This document shows positions 25,478 to 36,470 of a stretch of DNA of 47,935 bases, in pieces (the first letter of the stretch is position 1; each line of letters starts with the position of its first letter). The notes beneath the pieces were generated by a model that was not told the origin of the DNA, did not search any database, and saw only the letters and a program-made list of their open reading frames with translations. Made by a program: the position numbers and the translations under genes. The stretch is from the NCBI GenBank assembly GCA_023231475.1, contig JALJEE010002819.1, positions 1 to 47,935 on the forward strand, written 5' to 3'. This stretch comes from Seison nebaliae (taxonomy: Eukaryota).

Positions 25478-26609
25478 TGGATCTCTAAATGAACGGAAAG
25501 AGAATCTATTAAATTTTAATTTGAATGTTAAATATTAAGAATTTAACTTTATTATTATCTTTATATTATTAGATTATTAAGAATCTTTTCTTTAACTTTA
25601 AATAACTTTTCGTGGACAACGTCAAAATGATAATAGTTAAAGAGGTAGAGGATTTTATGTAACATTGTTCTATCTCCTTTTTTGAGAAGTATTTAGAACT
25701 TCAATGACGTCACAATAACCAAAACTATTTATTTTTATCATTCATTCAATGATGATCGAATAAGCCGTGACATATCTCAACAACATACAATTTTCAAGAA
25801 TTTCTTAATACACAGAAATAAGGGTAGAAACTTCCAATCAAGAAATACGTATTGATTAGAGCAAAATGTTTCCTCCATGTTCAATAATTGCCATGTGCAA
25901 ATAAATACTGATATTTCAATAGAATGAAATTATAAAAAAATTTGTTTATGTAAAATGAAATTAATGTTCGTCTCTAATGAAGAAGTTGATCTGTCAGTTA
26001 ATTAGTAGTAAGAACTTGCGCTGAATAATCATGTTCACATATCAATTTTTCAAATGAACAAAGGTGAAAGTATCGAATTTAGATAAATGAAAGTAATCTG
26101 TTTTTCTAAATGTTTCTATTTGCATTCAATGTATAGTGCAATATTCTTTCTAAACGTTGGTTGACATTGAACATTATTTCGATAATATTGAATGATAAGT
26201 TAAAAAGTTGAAGGATTAAATAATTAAGGTTTATATTGGAATAAAATGAATAATGATAATGAGAGAAATAGATAAAGCAAATTCCGGGATTAAACATTGA
26301 AGGAAATAGAATTTGCATGAAAAATTAAGAAGTCTTATTCAGTTGTAATAATCGACAAAGTATAGTCATAATATTTCATAAAATATTATTTATCTTTTGG
26401 ACTTCGAATGAAGAGTGGAGACAGTTATAGACAATCTGACTGACAAGACTGAATAAGGATGAAGATCATAATTGGATTAATCATGAAATTTAAATCATTT
26501 CAAAATATGTCTCGATTCGCATTTACTAAAATGTTGAAGAATTTGAATGAATTATTTCAGGAGAAACATTATGAAAGTTTAAATTATTAACAAACAAATA
26601 TAAATATGA

Positions 26610-26688
26610 CCCTGTAAGCATTTGAATGTCTTGAGAACGTTTTTTTGATGTATATAAACGTTAAAAAAACGTTCAAATGCCAACAGGG
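26610..26688. mobile_element. 79-bp miniature inverted-repeat element with CCC..GGG ends (CMC/EnSpm-like)
   Basis: Left end CCCTGTAAGCATTTGAATGT matches the reverse-complemented right end CCCTGTTGGCATTTGAACGT at 17/20. Three internal AACGTT motifs. No exact target-site duplication. Confidence 0.6.
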
Positions 26689-26710
26689 CAAATGTTGAAG
26701 GGAAACACTT

Positions 26711-29065
26711 TTATGCATTGGAAAATAGACGTCGTTGTAATTCCGTACGAATAGTTGTCAATTCAGTTTCTAAACCACCAAATATTGAAGCATTTTCTTC
26801 TGCTCTTCTTGACAAGTAAGGCAAGACCTCGTCCATTGGGCCGTAAGGGACATATTTGTAGACAGAGTAACCCATCTGTCCTAAAGTATAGGAGATATGA
26901 TCACACATTCCATATAATTGTCCAAAACAAATAATTTTATCATTTGGTCCTATTCCACATTCTTTCATTCGCATAATCGCATCTTCTACTGACTTACTAT
27001 TATGTGTAGCGCACATTACTGATACTTTACCAAGTTGCCGATTACATATCGCATCAATACAAGTATTAAACACTGTTTCATAATTCAAAGTTGTTCCTTC
27101 ATATGATGGTTGAATTGGATCATCATAACCAATCTCTGCTGCTCGAGCTCTCTCCTAAAAATGTTAGTGAAAAAGAATTTCAAAAAACTTCTATTAACAT
27201 GTTCCATATATGCACCACGAACTAATTTGCAACCGAAATAAAAATCTTGGCCAGCTGATAATTCTAAATCTTCACAAATATGCGCCATCGCATCCTTTAA
27301 ATGAATTTCATTATAAATCTTTATTTAAAAAGAAAAGAAACTTGTAAATAACATTGATATGTATTGAAAACGATCGGTTTCTCCTTATTATATTCTCTCA
27401 TCAATTCTATTGTTAATCGACGTATAGCTGGTTGGAAATAACTCTGTTCAGCATCAATCATCAAACGAACATCTTTCGAAACGGCATGCTAAAAAAGAAA
27501 AATTATTTAATAAAATTATTTAAATATCCAACTCTGACAACGGTATCAAGTCGTTTCAAAACATTCCTCATTTCAACCAATTCGTCCGGAGTAAAACCAG
27601 GTAATGATAATCGACCCGTTGAAATATTTGAACGGGTGAAAATTCTACGGAAATCCTGTTTTGGATCCAACAAATTTTGCCATTCGTATAAATCGAAAAT
27701 TCTATAACAAGGAAAATAATGAAGGAAATATTTTCAAAAAAATAACAAACTTGCCCTCATTGACACCGTAAATAGAAACGGATCCATGTTTTTTAATAAC
27801 CGGAATTCCTAATTGTTGTGAATCAGAAACATCATTAAGATTCGTTGTTACAAATTCAGCGTCTTCTTGTGGAACATCGGAGAATAATTTCTTATTATTT
27901 TCCTGTTTCAATTGAAGTAAATATAATTTAGCCATTGCCAATGCTTCCGACAATTGGAGTAGCAATTGGGGTCGTCCTAATGCTGTTAATTTAACAGCAC
28001 AAAATCCAGTGGCATTTGTTATTCCACTAACGGCATCAATGCAAGAGAGAAAAATTCTCATATTCTTATCACATTGTTCCTCACCTTCATAAAAATAAGT
28101 TTTAGCTGCACCAACACCTTGTCGACGATCAGCAAATTTATCATGATATTTGAATTGTGAGAGACCTTCGCCTGATTCAATATCAGAAGCTGGAAGTAAT
28201 TATTAATAGTGAGAGTAATAAGAAAATATTGATTAGAGATCAAAACTCAGCAAAATATAAAGTAACAGATCTGTTGATCATCCACCAATTCCGATTGACA
28301 TGATCTGATGATTAATGAAAAAAAATAAAATTATTCAATATAAAAATAGAAATAAACTGTCTTTCTAATTCGATTGCTTCTGTCGAATCGATATCTTCTT
28401 CTGCAGAATAATCAAAAATCGATTTAACACCATAAGATCTCATCAGATCAATTTTTGATTTTAATTCGTCTGGAGTCTCCCCACCAACAAAATGACCATA
28501 AAATGTCGATTTCATCAAAAGACGGAACCATGATGATGGTAGCAATTTTCTGCAATATTCGATTATCTTCAATATTTAAGGAAAAGAAATGTTCGGAGAG
28601 ATTTCCCATAGAGGAGAGAAAAAAAGAAAAATAATTATTTCTTTAATTTGAAGGAAAATTAATTTTAAAATAAGAATGTGCGTTTTTAGTGCATTCATTC
28701 TGCAATTGCAGAAATAAATGATAACAGAATAAACGTAATAAAAGAATACAAACAGTTTTCTGATTATCAACAATCCATTTAATCTTACAAATTCGAAACA
28801 CGAGATATGCTTGAAACAATTGCGGTGTCGTCTTAGCAATACAGGCCAATTGTGCATTATTGAAATCGATTAATTGATGTTCATTGGCATTGGAGATATC
28901 ACTCGAATGGAGATTTGTAGTTATGGTATTTCCATTTTTCTTCTTATCTTTCGCATGTCGTGTATGAAGCTGATTTATGAAATTGATCGTCGTTCGATTC
29001 ACATACTGGTGTCGTCCGAATAACGAGCGACTTAATAGACGATTAGACATAAATTGTCTTGACAT
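26711..29065 (-). CDS. PRODH: Proline dehydrogenase 1, mitochondrial; 8 exons
   Basis: Arg/Ser-rich transit peptide. Motifs [70 protein letters not shown] and [23 protein letters not shown]. Confidence 0.96.
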
Positions 29066-30321
29066 GAAAAAAGAAAGTGAAAGTTAAAATAAATATATGT
29101 TTTTAATTGTAGGAGAATAATTTCCTTCTTATATCCATCTAAAAATATCAACGAATTTAAGTTCGTTTTTATGACGAAGAGAGTTGAGAAGAATATTTGG
29201 AAAATATTGGGTGTGTTCAATTACTGAATCCACCTCTTTTATGACCTTGATCAACAGAACGATATTGACCAGTAAGAAAATTGAAATATTTCCTCTGTCT
29301 CTAAATTTGAAGATGAAAACACAAACAAAAATTTTGCATAACGCTCTAAACATTTTACGTAACATCAACACAAAATGAAAATAAGGCCACATCTATACAA
29401 GATGCATTAGCGTTAAACTAAGAATTTGAATATATAATTCCTCTCGTCTATTTGGACGATCAATGGAAGGAACTTTTAAGAATTTTGTATATTCTATTCC
29501 ACATCGCTAACTTCACTAACAATTATTAAAATATAATTAATTTGAAACATTTCATATAAACTAAAAACTTTTTTTAATTGCTGCAAATACGTAATATGGG
29601 ATTAAGAGATGTTGTCGGAATACTAGTTTACACATATTTTTAATGTTTTTTCCCATTATTAATTTTTATTTGCGCTTTGTTCGTTACTAATACATCATGT
29701 ACGATGTATAACATGATTTTAATTGCGATTCTCATTCTTGCTAACAAAAATAAGTATATAGGGTTAGAAAGAAAGATTTAGTACCCAGAACTTACATCTT
29801 AAATAATTCATATGAATCTTACATACGTAAAACAAGAATTTAAAAATTTTAAATTCTGTAAATAATAATATATTATAATTTATAAATAAAACAACTTTAA
29901 CTAATACCTAAACTTCACGTTATTGTTAGAATTTATTTAATAAATTAACCAAAACTTTTAAGAAGTTAAGAATAAGAATTTGTCTCACTAACATTTTCTT
30001 CAATCACTAACGTTCTAGGTTCAATTTTTGTATCTTCCAAACAATACGGAGTGAAGGTAAGATATGCACAAAAAGTTAAGTTATATAATAAAAAAACGCT
30101 ACAAAACAAAAAAGGTAACAATGAAAGGTCAAACAAGTATTTCACACAAAACATTTTCTTTGATCTTAATATTTAAATCGCAACTGTAAATTATTCGCTC
30201 GCTGATCGAATATATAAACCCAAGAATTATACTTTGCTGCTAGATTACTCGGATCTTGCTATTTTTATGATAATGAGCGATTCAAGAAAATGTTCTTATA
30301 TTTGAAATGGTTCATATCTTT

Positions 30322-30338
30322 GAGAGAGAGAGAGAGAG
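30322..30338. repeat. (GA)n microsatellite
   Basis: Direct GA dinucleotide run. Confidence 0.8.
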
Positions 30339-30927
30339 AAATAGAAAAGAAAAAGTATGTAGATACCACGGGTGCATTTTTATACAAATTTTCCAATTTT
30401 TAGAAAAAATATAAAAGCCTTTCATACTTACAATTGTTAAATTCATTTCATTATCAAACAACATCAAAAATGACACCGAACACGACACAGAAACATTTGA
30501 TCATTCTGCAAATTTCTACACATTGTCCAATCAACTGCCTTTTTAATTTCTATCGATCCCAACAATTATTTATTCAATTAGGCCAATTTTCTCCTGATCT
30601 TCCAAATTGCCTTCAAAAATTGACATAATTTTCGAAACTGCTGAAGTTCTTTTATGTTACTTACTTTTGATTCTTAGTTATTTTGGTATATTTATCTTAT
30701 TGATTTTTATTTAAAAGAATAGCCTAACTTAAAAGTGATCAATTAGTCGAACTTTAACGAATACTTCCAAAGGGCCAATTGGTTTTTGGGTAAAAATTGA
30801 TTAATTTAGCTCGTATTTAAAAAAATCTTTGTCTATCCTTCGTCCTCAATACAATACAGTTTATATACGGTATCGAACCATTGTTAACCATTTAAATTGA
30901 ATATTTTCTGAATACAAGTTATTTAGT

Positions 30928-31956
30928 CCCAATGAATTTTGAAAACTGATATACTGTTGATAATCATGTAAAAAAAAACGTCATAATAACAAGTGATAAA
31001 TTACTGATAGACAGCATAATAATCACTTGATAAATGAATGATATATCATGTTTTTATTGATGATTATTAAAATTTTTAACCGCATATATATCGGTAATAA
31101 CTGTTGATATACAGGAGATAAAAATGAAGAAAACCGACATTTATGAAGTTTTATAAAAGAACATAAATAAAGAACACATTAGATTTTCAATGATTTTTGA
31201 AGAGCATTATTATTATTCAAATTATTAGTTAGTCAAGTATTATTAATTTAAATTGTAGTTTGTTTTAATAAGATTTTACGGTGGGTTAATAAGTAATAAG
31301 TTTAATAGTATTGTTGAGGTTCGATGGTTTGGTCCAGTTCGTTAGAACTCATTACGATGACAAGATATAAAAAGAAGATATTAAGATTCAGTACTTTATT
31401 AAAGAAAAAGCAATAATAAGAACATCTGTTTTTTCTTCAGCCACTTAGTTGAACTGAATTCACAAGAGTATTGATATTAAATTTAAGAATCATAATTAAA
31501 AATTTGACCCCGTCTCTTTGAGAAGGTGTAGATAAATTTTTTGGTATTGTAATATAGCTCCATACATCGTCTTGGGTTCCAAAAATATCATATATTGCTC
31601 GAACAATCTCTTTCTGTTCATTCTAAAAAAAGGTAATGATTATAAGAACAGTGAAGAATAAACATTACACAATAGAAAATCTTTATCGCAATTCGAAATT
31701 ACGTTCAAAACGTTGGAAATATACTCGGTATTTTCCACTGTTTTTTTAATTTAGAAAATTTTGTTTCACTACCGGAATAATCCTTTCTAGTTAAATTGAT
31801 TATCATACATATATTGAAAATAACTGTTGATATATTACTGATAATTTACTGATTAATCATATTATTATTAGATGATTTATCATACGTTTACTTATGATAA
31901 TCAGATCTGATTATCATTGGTATATTATCTGAAAATCATTGTAGAAATTCATCGGG
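30928..31956. mobile_element. ~1.03-kb non-autonomous CACTA/EnSpm (CMC)-like DNA transposon
   Basis: Terminal inverted repeats CCCAATGAATTT and AAATTCATCGGG match at 11/12. Both ends are flanked by AGT (30925-30927 and 31957-31959), a 3-bp TSD. Both subterminal ~170-bp regions are dense in TGATA/TATCA motifs. Confidence 0.6.
31440..31740 (-). pseudogene. Spliced gene fragment inside the putative transposon, possibly a Ulp1/C48-peptidase-like remnant
   Basis: Exon-like VENTEYISNVLNVISNCDKDFLLCN, then a GTT..TAG intron, then NEQKEIVRAIYDIFG..LSTPSQRDG, then a GT..CAG intron, then FN followed by a stop. Confidence 0.3.
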
Positions 31957-32308
31957 AGTCAGTGCAGAACTAGAAATTAGGAACAATTATTTGAACACAT
32001 ATTTCATATGTAAATCTGAACACTGATAAATCTTAATAATTGAATAATATATAATAATAATGAATCAATTTTTTCTGAACTCAATTTCCTAATTCTAAAC
32101 TAATTTCAAAGAACTTCCTAAAAACAAAATGAGTAGAATTGTCGAAGTAGTTAATTGTTGAAAGAAAAACAGTTAGAAAAATAATTATAAAAATGCGCCA
32201 TTAGAATCTAAATTTACATTTATAGTCGAGTAGTTGAAGTTAGAAGTTGAGGAGAATTAAATATTTTATTGTCAAGGGAAATTATAGCGAATATATTTGG
32301 AATTCTAA

Positions 32309-33775
32309 ATGAAGCAGTTTTTAACGGAAAATTCGATTCGAAGTGCAAAATATGAAGAAAATCACCATTTCAAACATAAAAGACGTGTAGCGATGGGAAT
32401 ACGTAACCAGATCAATTGTCATTACCGAAATGGAAAGTCTTTTATTGTTGAAAAACTGAATAAAATAGAAAGTTATTTTTCAAAGAAGAAGAAACAAAGA
32501 AATGTTATGTGTCAATGTTTAAGGCCAAAATCATTTGAAATGGAAAATGATGAAGAATCTTCAGAAACAATAAAGAACCGATCTGAAAAAACTGGATTAC
32601 TGACCACTGAGAGTTATTGGGAAAAACTCTTCGATCAATCAAGAAGAAAAAATGGTTTAAATGTTCAATCCAAATATTTGTACAATGATTCTTTTGAAAT
32701 TGAGCCTTTAAGTGAGAATTGTTTCTTCTCGAATGTAAATGATTTTGTTGAGAACGAAATAATGGAAGAATCGATTTGTGGACAAATAGAATCAATTAAT
32801 CAGAACCGAATTGAAATGTTTAAACATTCAAATTTCAACCATAATATGAACAACAACCAGGAAGATGAATGGAATAATAAAGATAATTTCGATAGCAACC
32901 ATGAAAATAATGATTATTTTTCTCAGAATAATATTAGCGTTGAGATGAAAAAGGATAAACCGACAATGACTTTTCATGACATTTTTTTGAATTATTTAGG
33001 AGACCTGTGTGAAAATGAATTTGATTCTCCGAAACCTGATTCCGGAAATAATATTAACGAAATTCACTTACATAACAATGAATTAGACAGTGAGAACAGT
33101 TATCGGAGAAACCATCATAAACGTGACTATAATGAGGAAATTCCATATACGGATGAAGATCGAAAGGATCATGGAACATATTACGATTGTGATTACAATG
33201 AGCATGTTGAAGAATTTTGTGCTGGTGATTTGAACCACAATGAAGTTATATACTTTAGTTGTGAGAATCATGTTGATTTTAGCGACGATGAAGGTATTCC
33301 TAAATCTGATGATGAAGGTTCGAATAATGGAAGTTTGGGTGGAAATTCTAATGAAATTATCTATAGAAATATTCCCGGAAATATTGGTGGGAATTTTTGT
33401 GGAAATTTGGATGGAAATTTGAGTGGAAATATTGGTGGAAATGTCGATGACGATTTGGGTGGAAATTTTGGTCGAAATAACGGTGGTACTAATGGGAAAA
33501 ATTTGGAAATCTACGATGAGAAAGATATAGAGAAAGGTGAGAACGTTACAAAAAACGGTTCAATGGTGAATGATAAATCAAGGATCGGTAAAACAGAATT
33601 TGGCTTAATGGTTTTGGTGGGAATGATCTGTGCATTGGTTGAAATGATTCATCTTTCTCTTTTTATTCGGGTTCCTATGTTTCCTTTTCATTATATCAAT
33701 TATTATTATATATCGTTTATTTTGTTATTTATCTGTTGCTTTTGTGTACTTTGCTTATTTCTAAAAATTAAATAA
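32309..33775 (+). CDS. Unknown 488-aa Asn/Asp/Glu-rich protein with GNxx repeats and two C-terminal hydrophobic segments; single exon
   Basis: A 1.47-kb uninterrupted ORF in AT-rich DNA. C-terminal hydrophobic segments FGLMVLVGMICALV and YYYISFILLFICCFCVLCLFL. No recognisable domain. Confidence 0.65.
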   Translation: MKQFLTENSIRSAKYEENHHFKHKRRVAMGIRNQINCHYRNGKSFIVEKLNKIESYFSKKKKQRNVMCQCLRPKSFEMENDEESSETIKNRSEKTGLLTTESYWEKLFDQSRRKNGLNVQSKYLYNDSFEIEPLSENCFFSNVNDFVENEIMEESICGQIESINQNRIEMFKHSNFNHNMNNNQEDEWNNKDNFDSNHENNDYFSQNNISVEMKKDKPTMTFHDIFLNYLGDLCENEFDSPKPDSGNNINEIHLHNNELDSENSYRRNHHKRDYNEEIPYTDEDRKDHGTYYDCDYNEHVEEFCAGDLNHNEVIYFSCENHVDFSDDEGIPKSDDEGSNNGSLGGNSNEIIYRNIPGNIGGNFCGNLDGNLSGNIGGNVDDDLGGNFGRNNGGTNGKNLEIYDEKDIEKGENVTKNGSMVNDKSRIGKTEFGLMVLVGMICALVEMIHLSLFIRVPMFPFHYINYYYISFILLFICCFCVLCLFLKIK

Positions 33776-34686
33776 AAACAATTTTTCTGCTATAAAAAGA
33801 CTGTACATTATTATTAGGTATATTAAGTATGAACTACAGGTAACAAATAAAGGTAAATTTTAAATATAATTTAACAATTAGCAAGACAATTCTGTTAAAT
33901 AATTTTTCAAGAATGTATGAATTTTATGGTCTTTATAATATTATGGCACAGCATTTAAATGATTGAAAGCTAAATTGCAGAGACTTTACATACTAGTTAG
34001 ATTTTCGATGATCGTTAAACAACCATGGAAAGAGATTTAAAATTGAGTTTTTCGAGTTAAAACTTGACTTGGTATAGGTATAGATATAAATAATAAACAG
34101 AATAAAAATCTAACAATAAATAAATAAGAATAAATAACATTGTAAGACGAACCTAAAGATTGAACTATTCTTTATGTTCCAGAATCAGCCATTGGACTAT
34201 ATTGATTTCTGATGAGCTTTGCAAAACCAAACATTTATAGTGCTTGAGGGCATTAGTGTGCAACTATTATGTATAAAAAATGGTGGAAAGAATTCGATAT
34301 AATTTGTTTTGAAATATTTGACTTGGTCGGAGAATAATTCAACGGAAAATGATGAAAAAAATTCATTGATGATCAAATTTCCTATAAATTCGAGAGAATC
34401 ACGTTGAGATAACAATGCATGAATGTGGAATGTCGAATAATGTTCTTTTTGACGAAGCGATGCAAGCGTTTAACAGAAAATTTTACACATTTTACCAAAT
34501 TGTTAGTACACTTTTAATTTGGCACAAAAAAGTACGTTTTTTGTCGAAAATTTTATGGTTTTTATTATCTTATAATAATTATCTTTTATGATTTCCTATA
34601 ACTCAATATTCCATCTTTCTTTCAAATTTTATAAAATTGAATTTCATTCATGATTATCATCAATTAATTAAAGAAATCACTAATTG

Positions 34687-35400
34687 TTAGTTAAATTTAG
34701 AAAGTTTCATCGTTTCAATCGCAAGTTTATTATATTCTATTCTTAATTCGTTATCTTCTTGTTTCCATAATTCATCCGAACCTTCAACCGGTAATTGTGC
34801 AACAATATCTTGAAGCGAATGGAAAATATTTGTAAATTGTTTATTAACATTTTTTATACATGTTTCAATATCGGTGATTGTTGAGGATAAATGTTCTGTG
34901 GAACGATTATTCTTCCGTTGGACATTGATTACATTCTCATAAATTAATTGGAATTGGGAGGATTTTTCTTGACATCTATCAAGTGATTTATATTGTTTGG
35001 AAACGATTAACGAATCTCCTTCAATCATATATTGGTGGAATCTTAATGAATATAATGTCAGTGGTGAATATCGTGAAGTGACTTCTTCGTTAATCTTCTC
35101 TTCATTTTTATTAAATGAAATTTTCGGATCTACGTGGGAAGAATTATTTTGATCGAATATACTTCTCAAATTAAATATCGTCGATGATGAATTCATTCGA
35201 CTCTTTATTGATTGATTTGGAATTAATGGGGGACAGACAGATAATTTATAAAAATCATCAATTTCTTTCAATGCTGAACCACGATCAATTTCCGATTGTT
35301 CATTTATTGTTGTCGACGTTTCACCCGAATGAACAACACGAATATCGGGATGATATTTGGAATTTGGTGGCACGTCTACAGTAGAATTTTCATTTCCCAT
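34687..35400 (-). CDS. BORCS5: BLOC-1-related complex subunit 5 (myrlysin/LOH12CR1)-like; single exon
   Basis: Myristoylation-type start MGNENS (human MGSEQS, from recall). DIRVV, LKEI..PPLI and LYSLRFHQY segments, then a coiled coil ending QLP, collinear with BORCS5. Confidence 0.7.
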   Translation of the reverse strand: MGNENSTVDVPPNSKYHPDIRVVHSGETSTTINEQSEIDRGSALKEIDDFYKLSVCPPLIPNQSIKSRMNSSSTIFNLRSIFDQNNSSHVDPKISFNKNEEKINEEVTSRYSPLTLYSLRFHQYMIEGDSLIVSKQYKSLDRCQEKSSQFQLIYENVINVQRKNNRSTEHLSSTITDIETCIKNVNKQFTNIFHSLQDIVAQLPVEGSDELWKQEDNELRIEYNKLAIETMKLSKFN

Positions 35401-36311
35401 TGCCTTCCCAAACAGAATAGAAAGTAAAATTTTTATTTGACGGGAAGTATCCCAAACAATTAAATGTTGATAATTATTTCCTAAAAGAAATTATATCTTA
35501 GCTATTATTAAGCTAAATTTTCAAAGAAAACTTTTCCAAAATTTATTTTGAAATTTATCTTAATTATACCAATCGGATTCTTTTTGCCAATCATTAACGA
35601 TGATTTTTACCTAAAAAATTTTTTTTTGTTATTGCACATAATTTTTTTTATCTGTTACTCAATAAGTTTAGCGATAAATTATAGCTAAAGGTAAATAGAT
35701 CTACTAAAACATTTGATGTTACCCTGAAATTTTTTTTATTCGAATAAACGTCATGTTTTTGATATAGAGTTTAATTCGATATGAATTACTTAAATGGTTT
35801 TTACTAAAGCTTTTAATTTTTTAGATTAATTTCAAGTTTTTTCCTTGAAAATTTCTTTGATAAATTGTATAAACCAGAAAGTGGTAAAATAATGTTAAAG
35901 TTTTGTTGAAAAGTGAATGAGAATTGTTTTAGTTCTACGAAAAGAGTAGACCTGTTGGATTTTCATTTTCTGTTTGTTTTCGTTTTAATATGGTAGTATC
36001 TAAAGAGAATATTGACATGAATGAAAAACGGAAATCAAACGACTCTCCCAATACGAACAATAAGAAGATGACAGATAGTAAACAAAGGAAAATGGAAAAA
36101 ACTACTGAAATGAAAGTTCAAGATCTACCGAAAAAGTTTCATTTTTCAGTTTTAATTATTATTGGACTAAACAATTTTGGGGCTATTTCTTTTACTTTTA
36201 GATACTATCGAACATCAGGAATATGATTGTATGCAAAAAACAAAAAATATGTTGCGAACCTAAAAGTTCTTTATCAATAATTCTAACAATTTAAGTAAAG
36301 TTTCAATAAAT

Positions 36312-36418
36312 CTAAAACTGCTTTTAATTTCAATGATTCTAAAAATTTAAATAAAATCTCAATTATTCTAAAACTTCTTTTAATTTCAATGATTCTAAAA
36401 GTTTAAATAAAATTTCAA
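36312..36418. repeat. Tandem duplication with 56-bp period, ~2 copies
   Basis: CTAAAACT(G/T)CTTTTAATTTCAATGATTCTAAAA..TTTAAATAAAAT occurs at 36312 and 36368. Confidence 0.8.
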
Positions 36419-36470
36419 AAAATAAATTGCTAATAAGCATCAGAAATACTGTGGGGTCAATTTGGGAATT

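Noticed and set aside
29129..30628. Several 60-90 aa ORFs upstream of PRODH
   Set aside because: No motifs or consistent exon chain; compatible with chance in AT-rich DNA.
35990..36226. 78-aa Lys/Asn-rich ORF
   Set aside because: No homology or splice support. It could be a small gene but cannot be supported here.
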